A stretch of 64,000 nt of DNA from Octopus bimaculoides (lineage: Eukaryota): assembly GCF_001194135.2 (NCBI RefSeq), contig NC_068981.1, positions 127,501,663 to 127,565,662 of the forward strand, given 5' to 3'. The notes under the pieces were generated by a model. The model saw only the letters and a program-made list of their open reading frames with translations, did no database searches and had not been told where the DNA came from. Numbering within the stretch: the stretch's first letter is position 1; the number at the start of each line of letters is the position of its first letter. This document shows positions 25,907 through 39,874 of this stretch, piece by piece. The position numbers and the translations under genes were made by a program.

Positions 25907-25963
25907 AGACCAAATTCCTAGAAGATTTACAAAGATATTTCCATGAAATTTATTAGCCAACAT
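25907..25963 (-). CDS. SEC61A: Sec61 alpha exon 9 (57 nt)
   Basis: MLANKFHGNIFVNLLGIWS; ttttAG/GTAAGT; too short for the ORF track. Confidence 0.94.
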
Positions 25964-26944
25964 CTAAAAGGATAAACAAAGAAATTTTTTAAAAAATCAA
26001 CTAAATATCCATAAATCCAAATATAAAAAAGCAAAAATAGTCAACTTTCAAAATACCTTTTAAATATAAATTATCCTTAACTAGCACAATAACAGTTGTG
26101 AAATAGCAGTGTTATTTAATACCATCACATCACAAGCCTGGACTATTTTTCTTTATTAGTTTATGTTAGATACCTAGAATAACTGCTTTGTGCTTATTCT
26201 CATCCAAGCCACATCATCATCATTTAACATCATTTTCCATGCCTGTTTTGGAATAGTTTCTAAGGCAGGATGCCTTTCCTAACACCAACCACTTTACAGA
26301 GTGCACTGGGTGATTTTACACAGTACCAGCTAAATACATTTTATGTCTGTATATGAAGACATTGTGAGGAAAGATGTTGTGCTAACAGACCAATGAAAAA
26401 GTTATTTAAAATAACTGAAATTCAATTCACCTGATACAGTACAAATTTTATTTATTTGTTCTATATTCATATTTTTGCTTTTCAAACAACAGAAAACTGA
26501 ATAAGTTGCTAGTTTAACAGATCAGTTTTTGGGCAAGCAGTGTCAACCAGCAACTTACAATGCAAAAATGTTCACTCATCTTTAGTTGAGCACATTACAT
26601 ATCTTAACCAAACACAGGAATGTGAAATCAACTTTAGAACCATTGAATCAGAACTTGTTTTACAAACGAGTAGAAAATCTCCCTTTAGCTATTATTATTT
26701 AAGTACCATTGAAGAGTGTTTAAACTCTGTAGTGATTCCACAATACACAGGAAAAGCAGGAATGTGCTTTGGTAGGGTTGTTTAGTCCAATACCAGCCCT
26801 TACTGAGCAATTCTGCCAAGACAACATTGTCCAGTGTATTTCTTTTTAAGGATGGTCAGGTGTGGTTTGAGAGAGATATATGATTGTTATTTCTAGCAGG
26901 TCAAGGAAATATATAGAAACTCACTTGTTGGTTCGTTTGCTAAG

Positions 26945-27205
26945 TATTCCTGGCACTTATGCCAGTGGCACATGAAAAGATATTCGAGCGAGTTCGTTGC
27001 CAGTACCTCCTGACTGGCCTTCGTGCCGGTGGCATGTAAAAGCACCTACTACACTCTCGGAGTGGTTGGCGTTAGGAGGGGCATCCAGCTGTAGAAACTC
27101 TGCCAAATCAGATTGGAGCCTGGTGTAGCCATCTGGTTCACCAGTCCTCAGTCAAATCGTCTGATCCCATGCTAGCATGGAAAACGAACGTTAATGATGA
27201 TGATG
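26945..27205 (+). mobile_element. young RTE 3' end
   Basis: near-identical tail. Confidence 0.75.
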
Positions 27206-27360
27206 TTACAAGACTAAGTGATCACATATATCTTACAACTAGAGCATTTAAAGAAATTTAGTTTTCTCCCTAACAGAGAGAATCACTAGCTAAGTCAATT
27301 TAAGACAGTAACTTAATACATCATAATAATTCCAAAATTTACTGAGTTATTTACACTTAC

Positions 27361-27501
27361 TTGAGAAATAAAGTACAAATTAGATACTAAAGCACTTTGA
27401 AGAATAATAGGAATATTTGATGTATAGAACAACTTGATGGGGTATGAGCTATACTGTCCCCTGTAACGGGCTGACTTGATGGGTAAATCGACTCTGAATC
27501 C
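27361..27501 (-). CDS. SEC61A: Sec61 alpha exon 8
   Basis: [47 protein letters not shown]; cAG/GTAAGT; 141 nt. Confidence 0.97.
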
Positions 27502-29107
27502 CTGCAAAACAGAAAAAAAAAAGATGATAAGTAAAGCTTAAATTGATATATTTGAGCTAATTTCATCAAATCATTTAAGAAAAACAATGATCCAGATCTT
27601 AAATAAATGTTAGCATCATTTCTTACATAATGTCAGTTACTAATAAAATTTGTAAAAGTAATGCAATCATAGACCTAGAGTCATTGCAATTGAACATATT
27701 TCCAAATATCTAACTGGATATTTTCTCTTCTCCCTTATAACCAAGAGAGGCTGCTCTTTAATTATCTTTTCTAAAATAAATTCACTGAGTAAGACATGTG
27801 TCAACACACAAATTAGGAGTCTTGTTAAATATCTATAGAACTTAAGTGGAATTGAAAATTTAAGCTCTATAAAAATTCACAATGTTACACATAGGCAAAA
27901 TCTGTAGGAGAAGGAATGAAAACTATACTGAGATAAGAAAGAATGTTTGAGGAAATATAAAGATGTTTAAGGCAAAACTGATGGCATTCTTTATAGCAAT
28001 ATGCTAAAAGAGAAGGTTGGAACAATTGTTGAAGAGAAGCAAATTGCTATAAAGGAAAAGAAACAATAACTACATGCTTTCGGACTGATGCATTGTAAAT
28101 TAACAGGGATGGAGGGTAGAATTGAACAGCCAGCAATGAAGCCCACAAATGTAAATAACAAAGGATGTAAAATACCTAGTCTAAGATTGTACTGCACACT
28201 TCATCATATTTGATTGTATGCAGTGCAATATAACAACCTAAGTATGTAGCATCCTGTTTATAGAACCTTTTTAATAGTTGCAAAGAAAAGTAAAACTTGA
28301 TAATACAAGGTGGCTTCCTCAGGAGACATAGAAATTTAAACCTTACTGTAACTGTTAGTAGAGTTGGGTCTTTAAGTATTGAGTCCAAGTTAAATTAGCA
28401 CGTGTCACACCAAGCAATTAATTATATCCAGAAATTATAGGTACGAGAAAAAAATGGAGTGAATATTTGCTTGTAAAAACATTGGCTAAATATTTCATCT
28501 TTTTATGTCTGCAGAGAACAAATTTGAAAGATGGTTATAGTATTAGTATGTAGCAAGAATTTTTTGTCCACTTTTCATAGTGATCAATTAACTATAGGTC
28601 AAAATTATATTTCTATATCTAATTTATAACTGGCCTCTGAAAGGTATATTTGATGGGAACTTAATATTGGCTACAAAAATACTGGACTGACCTTTCAGCT
28701 TAACACCTTACTTTTAATTAAACTGAGCTATTCCTGAGTTTGTAAAATTATCAAATTTCTAATTAAGCCAAATAGCTTTACCATCATGATTCAAATTAGT
28801 GTATTTCTTTTATGTAGTCCAGTCATGTAGCTGCAGTTATGCTGGAGCATCACCATGAACATACTTCAATATTTATAAAAAAAAAAACTTTTCAGAATGT
28901 GGTCTTACAAAAATTCTGTAATGTTAAACATTTATACAAGAGAGTAATATTTGTGAACAAGTCAAGTTCTACAGTTTACTGTTACAAAATAGAAAAAAAA
29001 AAAAATCCACTCAATTTTAATCTCTTCATAGAACTATCAACATAAAATATCTCCCTAGCTAAAGAGAAAACAATTCAAAAAGTAAGCACTAAAAGAAGAC
29101 TATATTA

Positions 29108-29320
<213 letters not shown>

Positions 29321-29564
29321 TTACTCTGATAATACTTTTACATGTTTATAACACAGATCAAAATTAGTGTTGAGTGCACACATGCATGCATATGGCTTTA
29401 AGCAATAAGAGCTGGGTGTCTTAAGACAATGCAAGGATTACACTAAGTCTTAAATGATGAACTTATGAATTTGATTACAATGTTATTAACACATTTACAA
29501 TCCAAACTGTGACTTGATTGCTTCAGTTGACAACTACAACTTTCTTTGATCATTTAACATCTTA

Positions 29565-29797
29565 TTTCTTTATTGCCCACAAGGGGCTAAACATAGAGGG
29601 GACAAACAAGGACAGACAAAGGGATTAAGTCAATTACATCGACCCCAGTGCGTAACTGGTACTTAATTTATCGACCCCGAAAGGATGAAAGGCAAAGTCG
29701 ACCTCGGCATAATTTGAACTCAGAACGTAACAGTAGATGAAATACTGCTAAGCATTTCGCCCGGAGTGCTAACGTTTCTGCCAGCTCGCCACCTTGT
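29565..29797 (-). mobile_element. full-length Meta-domain-like SINE with 15-bp TSD
   Basis: TCATTTAACATCTTA at 29550-29564 and 29798-29812. Confidence 0.9.
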
Positions 29798-30082
29798 TCA
29801 TTTAACATCTTAACATATCAATATTCTAATTCTATAAAAAAGAAACAAATGTACAAAACATCCTTGTTTTATAGAATTTAAAATATTGCCCAACAGAAAA
29901 TTTAATGAGTATTTAAGACAAAAGATAGACTGGCATATAAAACTACTTTCTGCAGCTATGGTTAAATATATTTTGAGTGGATATATATCTGATTTCCACA
30001 GCAAAAGGGTGCAAAAAGTGAGCAAATGAATAATTGAGAAATTTATGAGCATTAGCATAAGTTTTTAAAATCTACACAACTA

Positions 30083-30334
<252 letters not shown>

Positions 30335-30499
30335 TCAGGAGAAAATTCATTTTCCTAGTCTTTTTCATCTATGTAAATGTTTAGCTGATCACTTTTACAG
30401 AAACAGTACAAAGTTCAAAGTTTCATCAGCTTAAGTAATCTGTGAGTACCTTGAAACCACAGGGTTGAACTAGAAAATAAAAGATGCCTTTTTACCCCC

Positions 30500-30502
<3 letters not shown>

Positions 30503-30539
<37 letters not shown>
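30503..30539. repeat. A37 homopolymer (second run A35 at 31044-31078)
   Basis: direct. Confidence 0.95.
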
Positions 30540-30541
<2 letters not shown>

Positions 30542-30579
30542 AAATAACAAAAAAGATGGATAAAATTTAGTTTACTTAC

Positions 30580-30689
30580 TTGAATGATAATGAGTAAACA
30601 GACACCAGGTCCAATTTCAGCAGGGTCACCATACATGCCAGTCATTACATAAACAATAGCTTGACCAATGGTGATTATCATACCAAACA
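30580..30689 (-). CDS. SEC61A: Sec61 alpha exon 5
   Basis: (L)[36 protein letters not shown]; 110 nt. Confidence 0.97.
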
Positions 30690-31042
30690 CTAAAATAAAA
30701 ATAACATTTAATACATTAAAAAAAACCTATCTATGAAAATATGAAATTCAATGCAAATTGAAGAGAATAAGAAATAAGAATTGTCTATTCACAATTGGCA
30801 TAGGCAACTCAGTATATTTGGGTTTTAGAATATTCTGTACAAGAGCAACTTTAAAAAGACAAAGTAAATCTATTGTTATATATTTTCTTCATCTTAAATT
30901 TTTAAGTCCGAATATTCAAAATATATTCTTGTCCTGGCTTTGTACTAGTCAATACAAAAAAAGATTCAAGCACAGTTATGTAGAATCTTCTGTGTAAACA
31001 TAAATGTTTAAGACCTGCTAATTTAACTGAAATCTCCCACTT

Positions 31043-31081
<39 letters not shown>

Positions 31082-32203
31082 ACCAAGATACGAGAAGAAA
31101 CATACTAAACTTTAAAATGGTACAACATCAGTTTTTATTTAGTCCAGGGACTAACTTCCAAATCATGTCTCAGCTAACAACCTGGTAGGACTGATAAAAA
31201 CATAAATTTCCTGCATTGCTAAAGTTGGATACAGTTTGAAAGTTCCAATTTTTGTATTCATTTCCTACCAAAATCAACTTCGCTTTTCATTCTTTCTGAG
31301 CTGATAAAAAAGAACAAATCCAGGGCAATAAGCCGGCTGAAGTGCTAGAGCAAGACAAGAAGCCTTGTTATCTACTTCAATCTCTAGTGTTCTAACAATA
31401 ATGCTTGTAACAATACTTGTGCCAAGCTCATTGGCCCTAATGCAGTGGTCTTTCTCTTAGACAACAATGGTTGTATAGTAAAGTGAGACTTGCATAAATT
31501 GACTAGTGTCAATCTTCCACACACACACACACAAAAGCCCTTGCTTAGTGTTGTGCATACAGGTGCAAGAATATGATCAACAGTGACCCTATATTATCTA
31601 ATACAACCAAACTTCAAACCTGGCATTTGTTTTGAACTACTTGATATACCCATTCTCTTTTATACTACATGCCATGGTGTCTTTCTTCCCTGAAGGAGCT
31701 ACACTAAAATGTTTCACAAACTGGCCTTCATTTCAAGAAACATCTTGCTGAAAGCTGATTTTAATTCCACCAAATTACATTCGATCACTTTTACTTCAAG
31801 AAATTTAAATTTAGATATTTGTACTCATTCTGACAAAATGAGGAAACAGACTCCAGTAAAGATCATGTGACTACTTAACATGAAGTCATTCACCATCACG
31901 TGTACTCTCTCCTCTCTGACTTGACTATTACTATCATCACTCAAGCACTTCAGACACACGCTTCCTTTTCTTTTTACCCATAAAGTTCACCTTCAACTCC
32001 AGGCCCCACACTAACTACTCTTCATCTCAATAAACTCAGCCTTGCACATATTTCTAACTGTTGATTTGAAACTCTTCAATGATTTTACTGAACTTGCAAA
32101 GGCCAAGGGCCACAAACCTTTCTTTCCTCTAAGTTAACCCAAAATGAAAAAAAAACATTAACATTATCACCAATGACTGACAAAGATTTTATAAGATACT
32201 TAC

Positions 32204-32414
32204 ATTTTTGAGCACCATTAAACAAGGCTCTGTCTTTGGGGGTATCACCAACTTCAATGATTTTAGCTCCAGCTAAAAGTTGCATTATGAGGCCAGAAGT
32301 CACAATGGGAGAGATACCAAGTTCCATTAATGTTCCTCTGTTGGAAGCAAGGATCACTCGAATCCAGTAAAATGGATCTGCAGAATCTGAAGACATGATT
32401 CCAAAAAGAGGAAT
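32204..32414 (-). CDS. SEC61A: Sec61 alpha exon 4
   Basis: [70 protein letters not shown]; 211 nt. Confidence 0.97.
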
Positions 32415-33354
32415 CTAAGGAAGTAAGAAGATACAGGCAATTAGAAAAGTCAGTGCTTTGAATATCCAAGGAAACTGCTTAGCATCCAGACTACTAAATG
32501 TAATATGCATTTTTTTTCACGTTTTGAATTTATGTATTTTCTTGTGACTGAGATTTCAATGATGAGATTGTTTATTTTTAGAATGATATTGTAAGGAATG
32601 TGTGAGAAGTTGAATCAAGTTGGTTTGAACATAAAACAATATTTGGTCTGGATATTGGCCAGTTTAAATGCTAAAAGGCTAAGAGCAATGGGAAAGAAAA
32701 TAGGTATATAGTCATGTTATGGTCCTTCCTCGAAAGGTTTAGTTGATGAAATTGGTCCCAACATTTATTTTAAGTTGGTACTTATTCTAACAGGCTCCTT
32801 TGCAAAACTGCTAAGTTAGGGGGTGGGTGGAAGACAAACCAACATTGGTTGTTAAGTGTAGAGAGAGAAGAAACAGTAACTGCTGATATATCTTGTGAAC
32901 TTCTCAATTTACTGAAAATTTTCTAAACTTGTAATGTATGGTAATAAATCCATAAGACAAAATCCAAAGTAGCTGGAAAAGACACTGGGTTTTGTTGTTA
33001 TTCGATTCTTTAAATGTTGCACAATCAGATTCAACTCCTAACATTTCTTAACACTGCATTGAAGATGCACCAATCCATCTAAATCTAGAGACTCCTGGCT
33101 TCAGGAGCCACTTTATCAGCCAGCACATGATGCTGTTCTCACCTCTCTGCCACTTCATGGTTATCTGAGGTGATTGACATTAGACCTGCTTCTCTCACAT
33201 AGAATGTGGATGTCATCTCAATCATTCTAAGCAAAAATCCATACAATTTGATTAATACTAGCATTGTGTCCAATCTAATTGCATGGTTTTCTTTTTCTGT
33301 TTATCAAAGAGAAGGCGTGTTAGTAATACCTTCAATGCGTTGAATTAATAATTA

Positions 33355-33637
33355 GCTGTGGCTGTCTAATAAAAAGTTTGTTTCCTAACCACATGAATCT
33401 TGGTTCATGTCCCACAACATGGGAAGCATTGTTTTCATAAGATGGGAACTAAAAGCCCATCAACAGTTTGCAAGCGAGTGTCACCATCATGCAAGTGGTG
33501 GCCTTCATTTCCAATATTCTGTAAAACGGGTGAGGATTGGCGACAGGAAGAACATCCGGTCACAGAAAATCCACCTCAACAAATTCGTCGGACTCATGCG
33601 AGTACAGAAAAGTGGACGTTAAAAAAAAAAAAAAAAA
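33355..33637 (+). mobile_element. SINE with tRNA-like head, RTE-like tail and poly(A)
   Basis: head like 63048 family; ends ...gaaaagtggacgtt(A)n like the RTE tail. Confidence 0.6.
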
Positions 33638-34224
33638 TCTATTTGCTAATCTAGCTGACAAGAAGATTTACACAATATAAGAAACATACTGGGTACACGA
33701 GTTAGATGACCAGTATTTATAGCAAAACACGAATGTCTTCAGCAGTTATCCAACTATTTTCCTTAGAGAATCAATACAGAATGGAAAAATTACTTAATGC
33801 GAAATGGAATGACTAATGAGGCAATGTAAGTACAACAGCTGACTTCACAGCTCTATATCACTTACTAATATAACTGCCACACGTGTCCTCAACTAAAAAG
33901 GAGGCATAGCATGTTTGCGTGTATATAAAGACACACAACTACAAACTATTCGTCTGCTCGACCTGGGCAACACCAGAGCCTATTATCAACAGTGGAGGAG
34001 TTACTTTAGATACAACAATGTACTTGATTAAAAGTTGTAAGAGCTGATCTTCAGATATTTAGGTTAATAACCGCATGAACAATTAAATATTAAAAAAAAA
34101 AGATTATAAAAACTGTATTAGTTTTTACGGATTTAGTCTGAAATAGTAATGATTAAAAAAATTTTTTTTTTTTTAAATGAAGTCATTATTTTCTCGGCAT
34201 TTGACACCAAAACAAATTCAGTTA

Positions 34225-34545
34225 ATGATTTCTCTGCTGCCCGGCACTCTGGACAAGTATCTTCTACTATAACCTCCTCGGGCCTTAGAGTGAATATGAT
34301 TGACGGAAACTGTGTAGAAGCCGGTCGTGTACATACACTATATATATATATGTACACACGTGTGTTTCCCTACACCCACTTGACAATCGGTGATGGCTTT
34401 TTTACGTGACTAGTTTCGAGGTTCGGCAAAACGAAATCGATAAGTGCCAGATTTAAAATAAAGAGACTGAGGTCGGACTAAATCCTTCAAAGAAGTGCCC
34501 CCACATGATAGCAGTAAACCGACTGAAACAACTAAAAGAATTCTC
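34225..34545 (+). mobile_element. diverged tRNA-derived SINE
   Basis: ggacaagtatcttctactata...gacggaaactg. Confidence 0.6.
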
Positions 34546-34912
34546 ACAATACCATTTAGATTACGGACTCACAGAATATTGGTTTGAGGTCGGATTATAT
34601 GTACAGACACAAAACAAAGAAATATGACATGTGACAAATTTTCAAAAACATCACCAATAAAGAACCAAATTTGACACGTCCCAGTCAGACGTGCGAAATT
34701 AACTCTAGAAGCTTTTAAATCAACATTTTCTAGTGACCATTAGATATTTTCATACAAGCGTGAGTGCGATGCAATAAAATATATTGTTAGAATATAAAAT
34801 ACTCTCTTAAAATAGAAGGAATTAGGCCACTTAGACTGATCTCGGCATTTTATTAGTAATTAACTTCCTTCGAGGAGACAGATAGGAGGAGGGGTCAGAA
34901 ATCGCAACTTAC

Positions 34913-34978
34913 CTGACAACACACAAGGAAGATGAACAGGGTGATGGCGGTCCATAACACTTTCTCTCGAAACTGGAT
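34913..34978 (-). CDS. SEC61A: Sec61 alpha exon 3
   Basis: IQFREKVLWTAITLFIFLVCCQ; tAG/GTAAGT; 66 nt. Confidence 0.96.
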
Positions 34979-35726
34979 CTAGATAACAAAAAAAACATGC
35001 TTCAGTTAAAATAGTTTCCCGTGTGAAGACGTTGAAAAGGAATGGACTAGAGCAGAGTAGAAGAAATACAAACATTTTGACCAGACTGAAGGTCACTATT
35101 AGTGGCGAAGTTGCATACAATAATTTAAACATATAACAGACAATCAATTCATTTTTGAATAATCAAATGAAATTGAGTAGTGTGAGGCATATTCTGAAAT
35201 ATTAAGAGCCTTATTACGTTTCCGACATTTATTTTATCTTTACAAGGCAAAAATAGATCCCAAGTTACATTTCAACTAATAACACAAGATCAGTGCATTT
35301 AAGTTCATCTATTCTGATCCCTATCGTCTGCATCCATCATAGCAGCGCTATAAATAAAACGATTAAAAATGGGTACTATGCGCTTTACATGCTTCTACTA
35401 AAAATAAACGACGTAGTAGAATAATTGTTGTAACTGGAAATCGAAACGGGATCATTGGCATTATTTACCAAGAGTATGTCACATCTCAAAAACTGACAAT
35501 ATGGTCATTTCATTTCGTCGATTTTTCAAGAAGGGGGAGGCTGTTTTGAAACATTACACACACACACTGATATATATCAGACATCAATCACATTGTCAGC
35601 TAAAACCATAGAGGAAAGGAGATATTAACGCAGCATAATGTTAATTTTGTTGGACCGTATCACTAATGGTTGCAGTCATGTCGTTACAAATATAAGTGGT
35701 TATAAGAAACGGGAGGAATTAGCAAT

Positions 35727-35757
<31 letters not shown>

Positions 35758-35863
35758 ATCGAAGTCTAACGGATCACTTTTTTATTTTGGAATACTACTA
35801 GCCTGGGTTATAATTATCCCCTCAATTAAGAATAAAGATGTGAGAATAAAAAAAGTGCCTTAC

Positions 35864-35931
35864 TTTTCGGTCTGGTTTCGAGATTTCAGGTAAAACAGCA
35901 CAGAAAGGCTTCACAAACTCGAGAAACTTAA
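35864..35931 (-). CDS. SEC61A: Sec61 alpha exon 2
   Basis: (I)[22 protein letters not shown]; cAG/GTAAGG; 68 nt. Confidence 0.96.
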
Positions 35932-36436
35932 CTGCAAATAAAATAGCAATGAATTAACTTAGCGTTAATTAAGAAATTAATTTGTAAAATAACGATGACG
36001 ATGTTTGAGGATATGGACAGATGTTAACATATGTGGCTAAGAGAGTATAACGAAGAGATGATAGGTGTGGGCTTGTTATGTTATAGCCATATGTAACGCT
36101 ACACGACGGCAATCACCAAAAAGCAACTAACATCAGATTTCTACGGTTCTACAAATATCATTGAGGGTTTCCAGTTTATATATTCATAAATACAATTTAC
36201 GTATAAATATTAGTAAATATATAGATCTAAATAAGGTTAAGTCGATGCTTCAGCTGAAATTCAAAATGTTATCCTGGGAAAGGAAAATAAAGAAAGTATG
36301 AGAAAAGATGAGCCACGTATGCAAAGGATTCCTGTCCGGTCTTCTGTTTAATCTAAGATTAATAAGAAATTGAAAACCAATTCGGTTTCAAAAGCTACAT
36401 GGAGTTATTGAGAATAAATAACAAATGGATACTTAC

Positions 36437-36443
36437 TAGCCAT
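36437..36443 (-). CDS. SEC61A: Sec61 alpha exon 1 coding part (ATG GCT A)
   Basis: minus strand aaaccATGGCTA|GTAAGT; completes MAIKFLE; the 12 exons sum to 1428 nt = 475 aa + stop with no frameshift. Confidence 0.9.
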
Positions 36444-36569
36444 GGTTTAACAAGTGTTCCCGTTAAAAGACCATATGAAATAGTTGGAAATAACCAAACC
36501 CTAATAGAACTCAGACGAGAAACTGAATCGTTAAATCCGACCACGGTATCAGGAGAGCATGAAAGATCT

Positions 36570-36830
36570 CACATACGTCATACGCTACCAGCTTCGCAAC
36601 TGACTTCGCGTTAGCGCAGCCCTGAGATTATTTTTAATGCCAAATATTTTCAAACAATTCTTCAATTTTCGACAGATATTTAAATTGCATAACCATATGA
36701 ATTGTTATTAATTAAAACAATGTAGTTGTGTTTAAAATATTTATTTTTAAAATCAACGTCGAGACGAGATTACACAACTGGCCAATGAACGGAGGCAGCG
36801 GTGTTGTTTTTATTTATGTACACGTCAACA
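36570..36830 (-). promoter_or_regulatory. Sec61 alpha proximal promoter region
   Basis: CpG-retaining region upstream of ATG; TCAGTT initiator-like motifs (36521-36526, 36598-36603), TGACGTA (36574-36580), CCAAT (36782-36786), TGACGTGT (36820-36827). Confidence 0.45.
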
Positions 36831-37503
36831 TTTCAAAATACTATGGCTGGTTCGCTCTTACTTTCTGGCAAGACAATACTTCAGTGCGTCTACCTTTCTC
36901 GCCGGTTTTAGAAGTAATTTATTTACAACGAAATATGCAGCATTTTAGAAAATATTTTAATATTGATTTCCACTTTTTTCAGTTACTCAGCACCAACCTA
37001 GTGATGTTTTTTCCCCATAAAGATAATACGCTTCATAACTGACATTTACTCCTGTAATTTATTCATACATCGACAGTAGATATTTTAAAATCAGATGTAG
37101 TTATGCTATGTCATGTAACATTAAGTAAACGTTTTATTAAACATAAAGTTTTAATTTCGCCATGGAAAAAAAGTAAGCTAAGGGATTGCACCACAGTTTT
37201 TTTTAAAAATCTCTATAGATAGAAAGAGTGGGTTCGACTTTACTAGTTTCTGCTAGAACTTTTACCAAATAGATCCCTCTTTTTCTACTCAAGGAGAAAT
37301 TTATTTAAAACTTGTGATGTAATAATTTTGTTTACTTTTTACAACAATGCCAATATTGTATATTTAATAGGTAGTATTACATTAAACTACATTTAAAATT
37401 ATCTGGAGGGAGTATTGCAAGTGATTTAATTTGTGCACTTTATCAGCAATTGTCCTGTTATGTAAATTTGATTGACTAGTTTTAGTTGAAGCATAGTTTA
37501 AAC

Positions 37504-39750
37504 CAGTGATTCCCAATGTGGTCCCCAGAGAATTTGTAGCCATAAAAAAAAATTGAAGCTATTTCATATCTACACAATATTGTTCGATAATAAAGACACT
37601 GTTAATAATTAATCTATATGAAGACAGAATCATCATCATCATCATCATCGTTTAACGTCCGCTTTCCATGCTAGCATGGGTTGGACGATTTGACTGAGGA
37701 CTGGTGAAACCGGATGGCAACACCAGGCTCCAATCTAATTTGGCAGAGTTTCTACAGCTGGATGCCCTTCCTAACGCCAACCACTCAGAGAGTGTAGTGG
37801 GTGCTTTTACGTGTCACCCACACGAAAACGGCCACGTTCGAAATGGTGTCTTTTATGTGCCACCCGCACAAGAGCCAGTCCAGGGGCATTGGCAACGATC
37901 TCGCTCGAAAANNNNNNNNNNNNNNNNNNNNNNNNNNNNNNNNNNNNNNNNNNNNNNNNNNNNNNNNNNNNNNNNNNNNNNNNNNNNNNNNNNNNNNNNN
38001 NNNNNNNNNNNNNNNNNNNNNNNNNNNNNNNNNNNNNNNNNNNNNNNNNNNNNNNNNNNNNNNNNNNNNNNNNNNNNNNNNNNNNNNNNNNNNNNNNNNN
38101 NNNNNNNNNNNNNNNNNNNNNNNNNNNNNNNNNNNNNNNNNNNNNNNNNNNNNNNNNNNNNNNNNNNNNNNNNNNNNNNNNNNNNNNNNNNNNNNNNNNN
38201 NNNNNNNNNNNNNNNNNNNNNNNNNNNNATTTATTATTTTTATTTTTTTAAAGATCAGTTGTAATAATGCTGAACCAACTGCTAAAACGGTAAAACTGGG
38301 GAACTACAAAGATTTTATCATGTTTGGTTTTGTATCTGTAGACTCCCTATGTGTCTTGAATGTGATGCCATCTTGACAAATTATTCCATGAAGAAAGTTA
38401 AGCTGGAACAGCACCAGAAATTAAGGCATCTGTTGGTAAAGGTAGGGAATATTTTGAGAATAAAAAGAAAATACAGCCAATCAAACTACCCGACTTTGTA
38501 AAGAAGATAAATACTGAAAAAGCAAAGACACTCAAACCAAGTTATTTGGTCTCTGAAATTATTGCCAAGGTTGCAGAACCTCAAATTTATGGTGAGAAAC
38601 TTGTCAAGACTGTTATGATAGCTTGTGTAAATGAGGTTCTGGGAAAAGCTGCTGCATCTAATCAAATAAGACAATTACAAGAAGACAGGATGAAATGTCT
38701 AATTTTGTTAAGGAGAAGATTGTGGAAATTCTCCAAAAGACAAATTTTTCTATCCAGGTGGATGATAGCACAATTCATAACCAAGCTATCCTTCTGGTCT
38801 ATGTCAGATTCATCCATGAAGATGATATAAAGGAAGAAATGTTATTCGTTAAAAGTTTGTCTGAAACTACTAATGGAGAAGATATATTCAATGAAGTAAT
38901 GCAGTATTTTAATGATAAAAATATTCCATTGACTAATTTGATCAACATCGCATCAGATGGAGGTGCAGCCATGACTGGAAAAGTGAAAGGCTTTGTTTCT
39001 AGAATGAAATCAGTTGCTCATCATATTTTTTTATATACATTGCATTATCCACAGACAGCATTTGGTTGCTAAGAATATTGGAGGACACATGGAAGAAGCA
39101 CTCAACACTGCCATACATGCAATTAACTTTGTCAAATCAAACTCAGTGAATAATAGATTTTTTATGCAATTCTGTGAAGATGAGGATTTTAAAACCCTAT
39201 TGCTTCACACTGAAGATGGTTGTCAAGAAGCCTCTAGAAAGACTAGTGAATTTATGGGAACCATTAATCAACTTCCTCATGTTCAAGAGGCAAGCTGATA
39301 CAACTAAGAACATTTTGGAAAGACTTTCTGAGTTTAAAGCAAAAATATTCTACTTGAGTGATATTTTAAAAACAGTGGATCTACTTAACTTAGAGCTGCA
39401 TGATAGAAAATCAGATTTGGTCACCTGTTCTCAGAAGATAAAAGGGTATATGGGGAAATTAAAAATTTTGGAAAAAACAGTCTGAAAAAAAAAATTTGGC
39501 ATCATTTCAAAATTTTAACACCACTGTTCCTACATCAGAAAACATTGCTGCATGCATTGCCCATCTTGAAGGTCTTCACGGAGACTTTGAGAGAAGATAC
39601 AATGATTTATTAAAGATGGATTATCCAATCTGGTTTGTAGACCTAGAAAATTATGAGCCAGGAGATGAAAATTTTGAGTTGGCTGAAATGTTGTTGGATT
39701 TGAAAGAGAAGGCACACTTTCCTCTCTCAAAACAGAAAAAAAATGTTTAA
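37504..39750 (+). mobile_element. decayed hAT (Charlie/Buster/SPIN-like) transposon; transposase pseudogene ~38290-39750
   Basis: FSIQVDDST, LLVYVRF, IASDGGAAMTG, YIHCIIHRQHL, KTLLLHTE with stops and frameshifts; candidate left TIR CAGTGATTCCCAA at 37504; right TIR not found. Confidence 0.85.
37631..37911 (-). mobile_element. young RTE 3' end inserted in the hAT remnant, followed by a gap
   Basis: (CAT)n plus conserved tail. Confidence 0.8.
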
Positions 39751-39874
39751 GAAAAATCAACCAGCACGTTTATAATAAAAGGTTAAGATAAAGATACCAA
39801 TGAGATTTTCAGCACCCTCCCACATAAGCTAGGGATAAATAATCTGACTAAATAATTCCCCACCACATACACAC

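Noticed and set aside
27960-28200. Purine-rich coding-like patch in Sec61 intron 7
   Set aside because: At best a very weak resemblance to LINE RT; cannot be supported.
37704-38376. Long ORFs at 37704, 37801, 48749 and 59540
   Set aside because: Their length comes from N runs and repeat UTR sequence.
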